This document shows, one piece after another, positions 38,292-48,094 of a stretch of 64,000 nt of DNA. This DNA comes from an uncultured bacterium (GTDB taxonomy: Bacteria; JAGOEH01; CAYLKS01), in the NCBI GenBank assembly GCA_964384205.1, contig CAYLKS010000004.1, forward strand, positions 13,301-77,300, given 5' to 3'. A program made the position numbers and the translations under genes. The notes under the pieces were generated by a model. That model was not told the origin of the DNA. It searched no databases and saw only the letters and a list, made by a program, of their open reading frames with translations. How positions within the stretch are numbered: the stretch's first letter is position 1; each line of letters starts with the position of its first letter.

Positions 38292-39100
38292 TGGATGCTA
38301 TTAAAGGATATAATCCAATTTTATTAGCATTGCTGGGGACAATATTTACATGGTTAATGACAGCAGCAGGAGCAGCTGTTGTTTTATTGAAAAAAGATAT
38401 TAGCAAGAAATTTTTAGATTTAATGCTGGGGTTTGCAAGCGGCGTGATGATTGCGGCGAGTTATTGGTCTTTGCTTGCTCCGGCTATTGAAATTTCTGAG
38501 GAACTTGGTTTTGTAAAATGGTTTCCGCCGCTTGTTGGTTTTTTAGCCGGTGGCTTTTTTTTAAGATTAGTTGATAAAATTTTGCCACATCTTCATCCTA
38601 ATCTTAATACAGATGAACCAGAAGGTATTAAAACAAGTTTAAAAAAGACAACTCTTTTAATATTGGCAATAACATTGCATAATTTTCCCGAAGGATTGGC
38701 AGTTGGAGTTGCTTTTGGTTCAATTGCTTATGGATTGCCGGGGGCAACATTCGCAGGGGCTATTGCACTTACAATAGGAATCGGTATTCAAAATTTACCG
38801 GAGGGTTCCGCTGTTTCTTTCCCTTTGAGAAGAGAAGGTTTTTCACCATGGAAAAGTTTTTTTTATGGACAATTATCCGGGATTGTTGAACCTATTGCTG
38901 GTGTTATTGGGGCATTGTTTGTTATATTGGCAAGGCCTCTGCTGCCATTTGCATTGAGCTTTGCAGCAGGAGCAATGATTTTTGTTGTTATAGAAGATAC
39001 AATTCCTGAATCTCAATCTTCTGGTAATACAGATTTGGCAACAATGGGAAGTATTGTTGGATTCGCTATTATGATGCTTCTGGATGTAGCTTTAGGATAA
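38291..39100 (+). CDS. zupT: ZIP-family zinc/iron permease (ZupT-like)
   Basis: It has 8 TM segments. HNFPEGLAVG and the IQNLPEG metal-binding motifs are present. Length 269 aa. Confidence 0.8.
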   Translation: MDAIKGYNPILLALLGTIFTWLMTAAGAAVVLLKKDISKKFLDLMLGFASGVMIAASYWSLLAPAIEISEELGFVKWFPPLVGFLAGGFFLRLVDKILPHLHPNLNTDEPEGIKTSLKKTTLLILAITLHNFPEGLAVGVAFGSIAYGLPGATFAGAIALTIGIGIQNLPEGSAVSFPLRREGFSPWKSFFYGQLSGIVEPIAGVIGALFVILARPLLPFALSFAAGAMIFVVIEDTIPESQSSGNTDLATMGSIVGFAIMMLLDVALG

Positions 39101-39521
39101 CTGTTGTATATTTGTTTAAAAATTCTGAAAGTCATTAAATAGAATTTGATTTTCTATATTAATCATTGGCCTTTGTTTTTGTGTTTTTTTATCTTAATAT
39201 TTTATATTTTTGTTAATCTATGGAGTTGCAATTAACATAAAATTATAAATTTTAATAGGTTGAGCTATTTTGTTTATAATTTTAATATAAGTATTCACTA
39301 AGTGTTTATGAAGAAATATATTTATGAAATATAAATTATTCCTTTTGTTGTTTTATATTTTAAATAGCTAAATTTTGTTTTAAACATCTTATCATATATA
39401 TAATGGAGTATTTTATATAGCAAAATTTTGTTGTTTTATTAAATTATTTTATATGGTACTATTAAAAATTATTTTTTTATTTCATCTGAGGTTTGGCTTA
39501 AGTGTATAATTAATTGTGGTG

Positions 39522-39580
39522 CCTCCTTGAAGGAAGAGATGCTTTTGTGTAGCTTCTCTTTAAGGATTCCTTCAAGGAGG
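39522..39580 (+). other. Long imperfect hairpin (14-bp perfect stem + 7-bp distal stem) whose 3' arm contains the RBS of a 30-codon ORF (39588..39680)
   Basis: CCTCCTTGAAGGAA (39522-39535) pairs perfectly with TTCCTTCAAGGAGG (39567-39580). Inside it, GAGATGC/GCTTCTC forms a 6/7 stem with a 9-nt loop. The GGAGG at 39576-39580 sits 7 nt before the ATG at 39588, which opens MNKLIIEQFNDCTFSNFVNPLLYFFINKKC*. A TATAAT-like element lies at 39505-39510. Confidence 0.4.
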
Positions 39581-39704
39581 TGAACCAATGAATAAATTAA
39601 TTATTGAGCAATTTAATGATTGCACATTTTCAAATTTTGTCAACCCATTGTTATATTTTTTTATAAATAAAAAATGTTAAATTATATTTTTTTTATAAAA
39701 TTAC

Positions 39705-39733
39705 TTGACAATAAGTTTTGTTATTTATATAAT
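39705..39733 (+). promoter_or_regulatory. Candidate promoter of the arg operon (TTGACA-N17-TATAAT, perfect sigma70-type consensus)
   Basis: TTGACA is at 39705-39710, then a 17-nt spacer, then TATAAT at 39728-39733, about 30 nt upstream of the argF' ATG. An FCB-type TAnnTTTG-like element (TAAGTTTT, 39736-39743) overlaps just downstream, so the sigma recognition mode is ambiguous. Confidence 0.4.
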
Positions 39734-39765
39734 AATAAGTTTTTTCCTTAAAAAGGAGAGGAATT

Positions 39766-40770
39766 ATGAGACATTTTTTGGCAATAGAGGATTTTTCGTT
39801 TCAAGAAATTGAAGAGCTAATAAGTATAGCAAATGAATTAAAAAAAGATAGATATGCTTATTCTAATAGTTTAAAAAATAAAACACTGGTTTCTATGTTT
39901 TTGAATCCGTCAACACGTACCAGAATATCATTTGATCTTGCAATAACAGAACTCGGGGGACATTGCATTACAATTGAACCTGGAAAAGGTTCATGGGGCA
40001 TAGAGATAAAAGAAGGCACTATAATGGATAAAGATGCAGAGGAACATTTAAAAGATGCTGTTAATGTTTTATCTCGTTATGCTGATTTTATTGCGTTGAG
40101 AGCTTTCCCTGCTTTTCAAAATTGGGAAGAAGAGAAAAAAGATTTGATTTTAAATAATATGGCAAAATGGTCAAAAGTTCCAGTAATAAATATGGAGACC
40201 ATTACACATCCATGTCAGGCGCTTGCTATGATGCAAACTATAAAGTCTAAATTTGATAATTTAAAAAAGAAAAAATTTGTTTTAACATGGGCATATCATC
40301 CTAAGCCTTTAAATACAGCTGTTGCAAATTCTGCAGGTGTGATCGCAAGTATGAGTGGCATGGATGTTGTTGTAGCACATCCTGAAGGGTATGATTTAGA
40401 TCCATATTTTATAGATATTATGAAAAAAAATTGTGATGCGAATGGTTCTTCTTTTGAAATTGTTAATGATATGGACCGAGCTTTTGAAGATGCTGATTTT
40501 GTATATGCAAAAAGTTGGGGGGCTTTAAATCAATACAGCAATTTTCAACCAGAAATACATAATCGATATAGAAATTGGATTGTAAATTTAGAAAAAATGA
40601 AAAAAACAAATAATGCATATTTTAGCCATTGTTTACCTATTAGAAGAAATATGATAGCAACAGATGAAGTATTGGATAGTCCTAATTCATTAATTTATGA
40701 TGAAGCAGAAAATAGGTTGCATGTGCAAAAGGCTGTGCTTTTAAAATTAGATAAAGAGAGGGAGTTATGA
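39766..40770 (+). CDS. argF': N-acyl-L-ornithine carbamoyltransferase (N-acetyl- or N-succinyl-ornithine transcarbamylase, ArgF'-type), transcarbamylase fold
   Basis: STRTR carbamoyl-phosphate motif, HPCQ and HCLP motifs are present. The context supports the N-acyl type: an ArgE-like deacylase and an ArgB-GNAT fusion sit in the same operon, and no argJ is present. Confidence 0.65.
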   Translation: MRHFLAIEDFSFQEIEELISIANELKKDRYAYSNSLKNKTLVSMFLNPSTRTRISFDLAITELGGHCITIEPGKGSWGIEIKEGTIMDKDAEEHLKDAVNVLSRYADFIALRAFPAFQNWEEEKKDLILNNMAKWSKVPVINMETITHPCQALAMMQTIKSKFDNLKKKKFVLTWAYHPKPLNTAVANSAGVIASMSGMDVVVAHPEGYDLDPYFIDIMKKNCDANGSSFEIVNDMDRAFEDADFVYAKSWGALNQYSNFQPEIHNRYRNWIVNLEKMKKTNNAYFSHCLPIRRNMIATDEVLDSPNSLIYDEAENRLHVQKAVLLKLDKEREL

Positions 40771-41960
40771 ATAAAGTTATTTTGGCATTTTCAGGAGGAC
40801 TTGATACATCTTTTGCAACATTGTATCTGAGAGAAAATAACTACGATGTAATAACTGTATGCGTTAATACTGGCGGTTTTAGTGAGAAAAAATTAAAGCA
40901 GATAGAAGAAAGGGCTTATCAATTAGGAAGTAAAAAACATTATAATATTGATGCTCAGGAGAAAATATTTTCTACAATTATTCAATATGTTATAAAATTT
41001 AATGCTTTATATCAGGATGATTATCCTCTTATGTGTGCAGATAGATATGTTATTGCAGAAGAAATTTTGAATATTGCAAAGAAAGAAAATGCAAAAGCAG
41101 TTGCGCATGGCAGTACTTCTATTGGTAATGATCAGGTTAGGTTTAATTCAGCTTTTTTAAGTCTTGATCCTAATATCACTATCTTAGAACCTATAAAGGA
41201 ATTAGGTATTACAAGAGATAAAGAAATTGAATATCTGGAACAACGAGGTTTTGAAGTTCCTGTATCTACCAGTAAATATTCTATTAATGAAAATATTTTT
41301 GGTAGAACAGTTTCCGGAAGTGAGGTTGATGAAAATAAAGAACCTGATAATATTGCTTATGAGCTTTCTAAGATTTCAAATGATATTTCTATAAATGATA
41401 AAGAATATGTTAGTATAGAATTTGATAAAGGGATTCCCGTTAAAATAGATGGAATTGAATATTCTGGCATAGAAATGATTCAATTATTGAATAAAAAAGC
41501 CGGTAAATTTGGCATTGGTTCAAGAATTTATACAGGTGATTGTATCATTGGTATAAAAGGCAGAATAATGTTTGAAGCCCCTGGACTTTTTACATTGATT
41601 GAAGCCCATAGGAAATTACAACAATTGACGTTGACTAAAAAACAGCAGGAATTTTTAAAGTTTGCTTCTTCTTATTGGACTGATCTTGTGTATAGTGGTT
41701 TATACTTTGAGCCACTTACTAAAAATTTAGAAATTTTCGTTGATTCTATGGAGTCTATGGTTTCTGGTATTGTAAAAGTTAAATTACAACCTAATAAAGT
41801 AGAAGTTGTGGAATATGAAAGTGAAAACTCTTTAATAGATTTTGATATTGCAACCTATGCTCAAAAATCGAGTTGGGATGCTCAGCAGGTGAATGGCTTT
41901 ATTAAGTTATATACCTTGGGAGAAGTTATTGCTAATAAAAGGATGAAAAAAAATGATTGA
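40767..41960 (+). CDS. argG: Argininosuccinate synthase
   Basis: The N-terminal PP-loop is AFSGGLDTS, followed by AHGSTSIGNDQVRF. Length 397 aa. Confidence 0.9.
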   Translation: MNKVILAFSGGLDTSFATLYLRENNYDVITVCVNTGGFSEKKLKQIEERAYQLGSKKHYNIDAQEKIFSTIIQYVIKFNALYQDDYPLMCADRYVIAEEILNIAKKENAKAVAHGSTSIGNDQVRFNSAFLSLDPNITILEPIKELGITRDKEIEYLEQRGFEVPVSTSKYSINENIFGRTVSGSEVDENKEPDNIAYELSKISNDISINDKEYVSIEFDKGIPVKIDGIEYSGIEMIQLLNKKAGKFGIGSRIYTGDCIIGIKGRIMFEAPGLFTLIEAHRKLQQLTLTKKQQEFLKFASSYWTDLVYSGLYFEPLTKNLEIFVDSMESMVSGIVKVKLQPNKVEVVEYESENSLIDFDIATYAQKSSWDAQQVNGFIKLYTLGEVIANKRMKKND

Positions 41961-42966
41961 TTTTGAACTGTTTAAGCTCCTTTTAGTTGACTCTTCTATG
42001 GGTGATTATAGAAATATAGTTGACAATATAAAATTATACATTGATAAAAATATAAGTGCAGATGTAATTATTGATGAGTATGAAAAAAATAAATTTAATA
42101 TGATAATTAAACGGGGCGAGCCTAAATTTTTAGTCAATTGTCATTTAGATACAGTATTACCTCTTGATGGATGGGAAACCAATCCTTTTGAACCGATTAT
42201 TGTTGAGAATAAAATTTATGGGCTTGGCACATCAGATACGAAAGGTAATATTTATTCAGTTTTAAAAGCCTTTGAATCTATTTTACCAGATAATATGATG
42301 ATTTTATTATCTTTTGATGAAGAAATTGGCACTGAAGTATCAGGAGTGAAATATTTCTTAGAATCTGATTTTGCTCGACAAATTGAATATGCTATTGTTT
42401 GTGAGCCTACTGAAAATGAATTGGTATATAAACATAAAGGATATTATTCCTTTGAAATTAAAACATTTGGAGAATCCGGGCATAGTAGTGCTTCCAATTT
42501 ATTTGATAATGCAATAGTAAAAGCAGCTGAGATTATTCCAAATCTTGCTAAAAATGGTTTTAATGTTGGCAAAATTGAAGGTGGTAAAGGGGGAAATATT
42601 ATTTCTGATGAATGTGTTGCAAGGGTTTCTATCAGAAGTTATGAAGATTTTAATTTTGTTATGAATAAATTGAAATATATTATTTCAAATAAGTTAAAAA
42701 TTAATGATTTTATAATAAATAAAAGATTTGTAGGGGATGCTTTTGTTAATCCTGAATATCAAAATTTTCCATTTTTGGGGGGGAGAGATTTCAAAGAAGT
42801 TGGGTTTTGGACTGAAGCCGCGTTATTCCAGAAAAAAGGAATAAAATCAATCGTATATGGAGCAGGTTCAATTGAACAAGCTCATAAAAAAAATGAGTTT
42901 GTCTTAATTGAACAGATAGAAAAAGCAGTTTCTTTTTTTGAAGATTTTTTCAGGAAATTCAAATGA
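41953..42966 (+). CDS. argE: M20-family deacylase (acetylornithine/acetylcitrulline deacetylase ArgE-like)
   Basis: The M20 metal-binding motifs are HLDTV ... GTSDTKG ... CEPTE ... ESGHSS. Length is 337 aa and the gene lies inside the arg operon. Confidence 0.7.
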   Translation: MIDFELFKLLLVDSSMGDYRNIVDNIKLYIDKNISADVIIDEYEKNKFNMIIKRGEPKFLVNCHLDTVLPLDGWETNPFEPIIVENKIYGLGTSDTKGNIYSVLKAFESILPDNMMILLSFDEEIGTEVSGVKYFLESDFARQIEYAIVCEPTENELVYKHKGYYSFEIKTFGESGHSSASNLFDNAIVKAAEIIPNLAKNGFNVGKIEGGKGGNIISDECVARVSIRSYEDFNFVMNKLKYIISNKLKINDFIINKRFVGDAFVNPEYQNFPFLGGRDFKEVGFWTEAALFQKKGIKSIVYGAGSIEQAHKKNEFVLIEQIEKAVSFFEDFFRKFK

Positions 42967-44228
42967 GAAATTTTGTTTTTGATTTTATAAGAAAAATTGG
43001 TAAAGAAGAAGAATTTAGATTGTTTTTAGATTCTTTTAAACAGCTACCGTCGTATAAATTTGCTGTTATTAAAATAAGTGGACAGACTATAGAAAATAAT
43101 CTTGATATTATTGCTCAGGATATTGCTTTTTTGAATAAACTTGAGATTTTTCCAATTATCATACATGGTGCCGGCAGTGCTCTTGATAAAAAATTAAAGA
43201 ATACGTATAAAGTCAATGGCTATAGATATACTAAAAGGGAAGATATACCTGTTATTAAGAAAATTTTTTCAGATATAGCTAATTCGTTATCTAATAAAAT
43301 AATTGAAATGGGAGGAAATGCCACTGTTGTAGATAATGTCTTTTATTGTAAGAGAATTGAACAATTGGGATATGTTGGAAATATTCAAAAGATTGATAAA
43401 AATAAAATTATAGAAGCAGTAGAGTCTGATAAAACAGTTATAATTAGTCCTATTGGCAGTGATGGGAAGAATTTGTTAAATATAAATGCTGATACAGCAG
43501 CAAAAGCTATTGTAAAAGAATTAGGTGTTAAAAAATTTATTCTTTTGACAGAAACAGGTGGTGTTTTAGATACAGCTGGGAATATAATATCTTTTATTAA
43601 CATCTCAGATATTGATGAAATGAGTTTTATCTCTGGAGGAATGAAATTAAAACTTTATGAAATAAGAGATTTTTTAAAGGAGAATCCTTTTTGTGAAGTT
43701 GTTATAACGTCTGCTGATAAAATACTACAGGAAATTTTTACTATTAAAGGTTCTGGTACATTTATTAAATTTTATAGAATATTCTCCACAAGACATATAA
43801 AAGAAGTTGGTGTGGATATTGCAAAACAAGTCTTAGAAAATTCCTTTAATAAAGAATTGGTGCATGATTATTTGAAATCTGATTTTAAAGAAATTTTTTA
43901 TCATGAGGAAAAAGACGGTATTGCAATTATTAAAGAGGTAGATGGAGTCCCTTATCTTGATAAAATTGCTGTTAGAAGAGAAAAACAGGGAACAGGTTTA
44001 GGAAAAAGTCTCTGGGATGCTGTTATCAAAAAATATAATACATTAACATGGAGATCTGCAATTGATAATATTTTTAATAAATTTTATTTTAAGAATTGTG
44101 ATGGAATGATAAAGAAAAACAATTGGATTGTTTATTGGAAGAACCTTCCAGATGAAAAAATTTTGGATATTGTAAATAAAATATCTTCAATAAAAAAAAC
44201 TTTGATAAAAAGAGGTAAAAATGATTAA
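42963..44228 (+). CDS. argB: Acetylglutamate kinase fused to a C-terminal GNAT (N-acetylglutamate synthase-like) domain
   Basis: The N-terminal amino-acid-kinase fold has VIKISGQ ... IIHGAGS ... NINADTAA. The C-terminal ~150 aa have an acetyl-CoA-binding-like RREKQGTGLGKSLW segment typical of GNAT. The 421-aa length exceeds the ~260-300 aa of plain ArgB. Confidence 0.75.
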   Translation: MRNFVFDFIRKIGKEEEFRLFLDSFKQLPSYKFAVIKISGQTIENNLDIIAQDIAFLNKLEIFPIIIHGAGSALDKKLKNTYKVNGYRYTKREDIPVIKKIFSDIANSLSNKIIEMGGNATVVDNVFYCKRIEQLGYVGNIQKIDKNKIIEAVESDKTVIISPIGSDGKNLLNINADTAAKAIVKELGVKKFILLTETGGVLDTAGNIISFINISDIDEMSFISGGMKLKLYEIRDFLKENPFCEVVITSADKILQEIFTIKGSGTFIKFYRIFSTRHIKEVGVDIAKQVLENSFNKELVHDYLKSDFKEIFYHEEKDGIAIIKEVDGVPYLDKIAVRREKQGTGLGKSLWDAVIKKYNTLTWRSAIDNIFNKFYFKNCDGMIKKNNWIVYWKNLPDEKILDIVNKISSIKKTLIKRGKND

Positions 44229-45135
44229 TGTCGGGATTATTGGAGCATCTGGATTTGTTGGAAGCAATATTTTAAAGCTTTTATTAAATCATAGCAAAAT
44301 TGCTAATATTGAATTATTTTCTAATACATATTGTGGTAAAAAAATATCAGATTTATACCCGGAAATAAAATCAGATTTAGTTTTAAAATCTGTTTGTTAT
44401 TCTCTTATTAATAAATTAGATGTTGTTTTTCTTGCAGTACCTCATGGTAAAGCAAAAGAGCATGTGGATAAAATTGAAACAAAGATTATAGATATGACTT
44501 CTGATCATAGGACAGAATGGGTATATGGTTTGCCAGAGATTTTTGGAAATGAAATAACAAAAGCAAGTAAAGTAGCAAATCCTGGATGCTATGCCACCTC
44601 TTGTATTTTAAATGTTTATCCTATAATAGATAATGTTGAGTTTGTTGTTTTTGATTCAATTAGTGGGTATTCTGGCGGCGGTAAAAATCATGGCTATGAT
44701 ATTGATGAAAATATTATTACCTATAAGATATTCAATCATAGGCATATTGATGAAATGAGAAAGGTTTTATCTGATAAATTTTCTTTTACTCCTCATGTTG
44801 TTAATGCTTTTCGAGGAATTATGACTACTTCTCATATAAAGTTGAAAACATCTATGGATAAGAACGAAATCATTGAAATATATAAAAAATTTTATGATAA
44901 TACTTTTACTAAAGTATTGGATAAAATTCCAGATACCAAAAGTGTGGCTAATACTCCATTCTGCTTTATTGGAGGATTTGAGTTTGACTATACTGGAACT
45001 TTGATAATTATTTCCGTGCTTGATAATTTATTAAAGGGAGCAGCTTCACAGGCAGTTGAGAATATGAATTTGATTTTTGGTTTACCACACTATTTCTCTT
45101 TAGATGATAGGGGGGAAAATGAAATTATGGGATAA
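44221..45135 (+). CDS. argC: N-acetyl-gamma-glutamyl-phosphate reductase
   Basis: VGIIGASGFVGSNILKLL is the Rossmann motif. The catalytic Cys sits in NPGCYATS. Length 304 aa. Confidence 0.85.
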   Translation: MINVGIIGASGFVGSNILKLLLNHSKIANIELFSNTYCGKKISDLYPEIKSDLVLKSVCYSLINKLDVVFLAVPHGKAKEHVDKIETKIIDMTSDHRTEWVYGLPEIFGNEITKASKVANPGCYATSCILNVYPIIDNVEFVVFDSISGYSGGGKNHGYDIDENIITYKIFNHRHIDEMRKVLSDKFSFTPHVVNAFRGIMTTSHIKLKTSMDKNEIIEIYKKFYDNTFTKVLDKIPDTKSVANTPFCFIGGFEFDYTGTLIIISVLDNLLKGAASQAVENMNLIFGLPHYFSLDDRGENEIMG

Positions 45136-46309
45136 AGGTTATAATCTTGATAAAATAGTGGAAAAATATACAGTTGGCATAGATTATATTCTGGATAAGA
45201 GGCTGTTTTATTTTGACTGTATTGCAAGTATTGCTCATGCTAAAATGCTTAATAAGGTTAGAATATTAACAGATGATGAGACTAATAAGATAATCGGTGT
45301 CTTGAAAAAACTTATTGAGTTGGACAAAAAGGGAGAAATTGAAATAAAACCAGAAGATGAGGATTGTCATACTGTTATTGAAAAATTTTTAGTAGATGAA
45401 TGTGGTGAAATTGGAAAAAAAATTCATACAGGTAGATCAAGGAACGATCAGGTTTTAGTTGCTTTAAGATTATATCAAAAACAAGAATTGATTTTAATTT
45501 TTGAGAAAATAAAAAAGATAATTGCTAAATTTGAAGAAAAAGGTAAAAAATTTCATTCTATCGAATTTGCAGGCTATACTCATACTCGTAAAGCTATGCC
45601 GATGTCTGCAGAAATATGGTTGGGAGCATTTAAAGATGCTTTTATTGATAATAGAGAATTGGTTAAAAATGTATTGCAACTTATTGATAAATCACCACTT
45701 GGAACTGCGGCAGGATTTGGAGTCCCTGTTATAGATATTGATAGAAATTTTACAGCAAAAGAATTAGGATTTTCTGAAATTTTAAAAAATCCAGTCTATG
45801 CTCAGAATTCAAGAGGTAAATATGATAGTATTATAATAGATGTTTTATCTTATATTATGTTTGATTTAAATAAATTTGCTACAGATATGATTTTATTTTC
45901 TTCTGAAGAATTTGGATATATTGTGCTGGAAGATAAAATAACTACTGGTAGTTCAATCATGCCTCAGAAAAAAAATCCTGATTTATTTGAGATATTAAGA
46001 GGAAACTATCATATTGTTTTAGGAGAATCTATTAAAGTTAAAAGCTTGATTGGCAATCTGATAAGTGGGTATCATAGAGATATTCAGCTAATTAAGGAAC
46101 CACTAATAAAAGTTTTTGATATAACAAAAGATTCTCTTGATATAACTTTCCATTCTTTGGATAATTTTTATTTTGATGAAAAAAGATGTAAACAGAGTTT
46201 AACCCACGATATTTATGCAACTCATAGAGCTTATAAACTTGTAAAAGATTATAATATTCCTTTTCGAGAAGCCTATAAAAAGATAGCGGAAGATTTAAAA
46301 TTTAGTTAG
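45119..46309 (+). CDS. argH: Argininosuccinate lyase
   Basis: TGRSRNDQV and the fumarate-lyase signature GSSIMPQKKNPD are present. The start was chosen at the ATG at 45119 (MKLWDKG), 4 nt after an AGGGGGG RBS. Confidence 0.85.
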   Translation: MKLWDKGYNLDKIVEKYTVGIDYILDKRLFYFDCIASIAHAKMLNKVRILTDDETNKIIGVLKKLIELDKKGEIEIKPEDEDCHTVIEKFLVDECGEIGKKIHTGRSRNDQVLVALRLYQKQELILIFEKIKKIIAKFEEKGKKFHSIEFAGYTHTRKAMPMSAEIWLGAFKDAFIDNRELVKNVLQLIDKSPLGTAAGFGVPVIDIDRNFTAKELGFSEILKNPVYAQNSRGKYDSIIIDVLSYIMFDLNKFATDMILFSSEEFGYIVLEDKITTGSSIMPQKKNPDLFEILRGNYHIVLGESIKVKSLIGNLISGYHRDIQLIKEPLIKVFDITKDSLDITFHSLDNFYFDEKRCKQSLTHDIYATHRAYKLVKDYNIPFREAYKKIAEDLKFS

Positions 46310-46343
46310 TGCTGGTCTTTTTTGCATAAAATTTTGAGAATAA

Positions 46344-47783
46344 TTATTGATAGTATTTCCAGAATCTAAATTTTTTAATTTCTGGTTTTGTGCGTTCTTT
46401 TTTTATTATTTCCATTATCTTATTTACAATATCAGGGTGTTGATTTGCAATATTGTTTTTCTCATAAGGATCTTGTTCAAGATCATATAGTTCTAATTTT
46501 GCATCTGGATTTTTTTTAAGGTTTTTTAATATTCCTTTATATTTTCCATATCTAACAGCAATTTGTCCTCCATATCCTGCAAAATCCCAGAATAAAAATT
46601 CATGAAATTTTTGTTTATTCTTATTCCCCGCTAAAAGAGGTAAAAAACTTAATCCATCTATATTTTGAGGTATTTTAATACCTGCTATATCTGCAATTGT
46701 AGGCATAATATCGTAGAATGCAAAAGGATTATTGATTATTCGGCCCTCTTTAATTTTTCCTTTCCATCTTACAATTAGAGGTACTTTTAATCCCCCTTCG
46801 TAAACAGAGCCTTTGAGCCCTTTAAGTCCTTTAGTGGAATTAAAGAATTCGTAATCAACTTCATCTTTTAAGTAAGTAGTGCCATTATCAGATGTAAATA
46901 TTATAATAGTATTTTCGTCTAAGTTTAATTTTTGTAAAGTTTCCATTATCCTGCCAACATTTTTGTCAAGAAATGAAATCATAGCTGCATAAGTAGCTCG
47001 AGGTGTTTTATCAGGTAAATATGCTTTTCCATTATAAGGTTTTTCCTCCCATTTGCCAAGATATTGCTTTTTTTCATCTTCGGGAACTTGTAACGGTAGA
47101 TGAGGTATTATAGTGGGATAATATAGAAAGAAAGGATTATTTCTGTTTTCTTTTATAAATTCTATAGCTTTATCGGCAATTAGTTTTGGAGCATAATGTT
47201 TTCCTGTTTTACTTCTATTGTTTCCATCTAAGAATATTTTTTCTTTATTATGAATTAAATATTTAGGATAATAATTGTGGGCATGTCTTTGACAATTATA
47301 ACCGAAAAATGTGTCAAATCCCTGATTTAAAGGATCTCCGGAAGAATTAACTCTACCTAAACCCCATTTACCGAAAGCACCTGTTTTATATCCAGCTTTT
47401 TTTAATAATTCAGCAATAGTAATTTCTTTATCAGGTAATGGAAGTTGCCCCTGGAATGATTCCCATGTACCTACCTCATAATTATCACGTACATAAGCAT
47501 GTCCGCCGTGTTTTCCTGTCATTAATACACATCTGGATGGTGCACATACAGGGGAACCTGCATAAAAATTTATAAATTTTACCCCTTCCGTAGCGAGCTT
47601 ATCTATATTTGGAGTTTTTATTTTTTGTTGTCCATAACAACCTAATTCTCCATAACCCAGATCATCAGCAACAATTAATATGATATTAGGTTTATTTTTG
47701 GTTTTTGCACATAATAAATGATTGAATAGTATAATAGAAGCAGCTGCTGTAGTAAATTTTTTAATAAATTTTCGTCTATTCAT
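46344..47783 (-). CDS. Cys-type sulfatase (arylsulfatase family) with a Tat-like signal peptide
   Basis: The signal peptide is MNRRKFIKKFTTAAASIILF. The formylglycine motif C-A-P-S-R is present (SPVCAPSRCVLMTGKHGGH). The metal ligands DDLGYGE and the 479-aa length fit the family. Confidence 0.8.
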   Translation of the reverse strand: MNRRKFIKKFTTAAASIILFNHLLCAKTKNKPNIILIVADDLGYGELGCYGQQKIKTPNIDKLATEGVKFINFYAGSPVCAPSRCVLMTGKHGGHAYVRDNYEVGTWESFQGQLPLPDKEITIAELLKKAGYKTGAFGKWGLGRVNSSGDPLNQGFDTFFGYNCQRHAHNYYPKYLIHNKEKIFLDGNNRSKTGKHYAPKLIADKAIEFIKENRNNPFFLYYPTIIPHLPLQVPEDEKKQYLGKWEEKPYNGKAYLPDKTPRATYAAMISFLDKNVGRIMETLQKLNLDENTIIIFTSDNGTTYLKDEVDYEFFNSTKGLKGLKGSVYEGGLKVPLIVRWKGKIKEGRIINNPFAFYDIMPTIADIAGIKIPQNIDGLSFLPLLAGNKNKQKFHEFLFWDFAGYGGQIAVRYGKYKGILKNLKKNPDAKLELYDLEQDPYEKNNIANQHPDIVNKIMEIIKKERTKPEIKKFRFWKYYQ

Positions 47784-48050
47784 TTGTTACTCCTGTAATG
47801 GTTGTTTTGAATATTAAATATTTTAAATACTTTCTCATTTTTTTCTTTAAAATTTTGTTAATTTTTGCAAAAAATTATTTTTTTTCATAAGTATAATCCT
47901 ATTTTTCTGATATAGCTTGTAGAATATTTGCATTTTTGCTGTTTTTTTTAAAGTTATGAAAAATTTTTTTTATATCAAGTGTTAATTATATTTTTTTTAA
48001 ATAATATAGAGGAAGTTTTTATAATGATTTTTGTATTATAATTTTTGTTC

Positions 48051-48088
48051 AAATAAAAAAAGCCGCTTTTTTTAAAAAAGCGGCTTTA
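48051..48088 (-). terminator. Hairpin terminator downstream of tRNA-Gln, palindromic and possibly bidirectional
   Basis: The stem AAAGCCGC/GCGGCTTT is flanked by A/T runs. On the minus strand the hairpin is followed by a T-run. Confidence 0.55.
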
Positions 48089-48094
48089 AAGAAG

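Noticed and set aside
46344-47783. Sulfatase as part of a sulfatase plus maturase (anSME/FGE) system
   Set aside because: No radical-SAM anSME or FGE gene is adjacent. It is flanked by argH and a tRNA, so only a stand-alone sulfatase call is supported.
48051-48088. Perfect palindrome AAAAAAGCCGCTTTTTTT/AAAAAAGCGGCTTT as a possible terminal inverted repeat of a mobile element or an att site next to the tRNA
   Set aside because: It is a single short palindrome immediately 3' of tRNA-Gln with a flanking T-run, which is the normal geometry of an intrinsic terminator. No integrase, transposase or direct repeat of the tRNA 3' end is present within the window.
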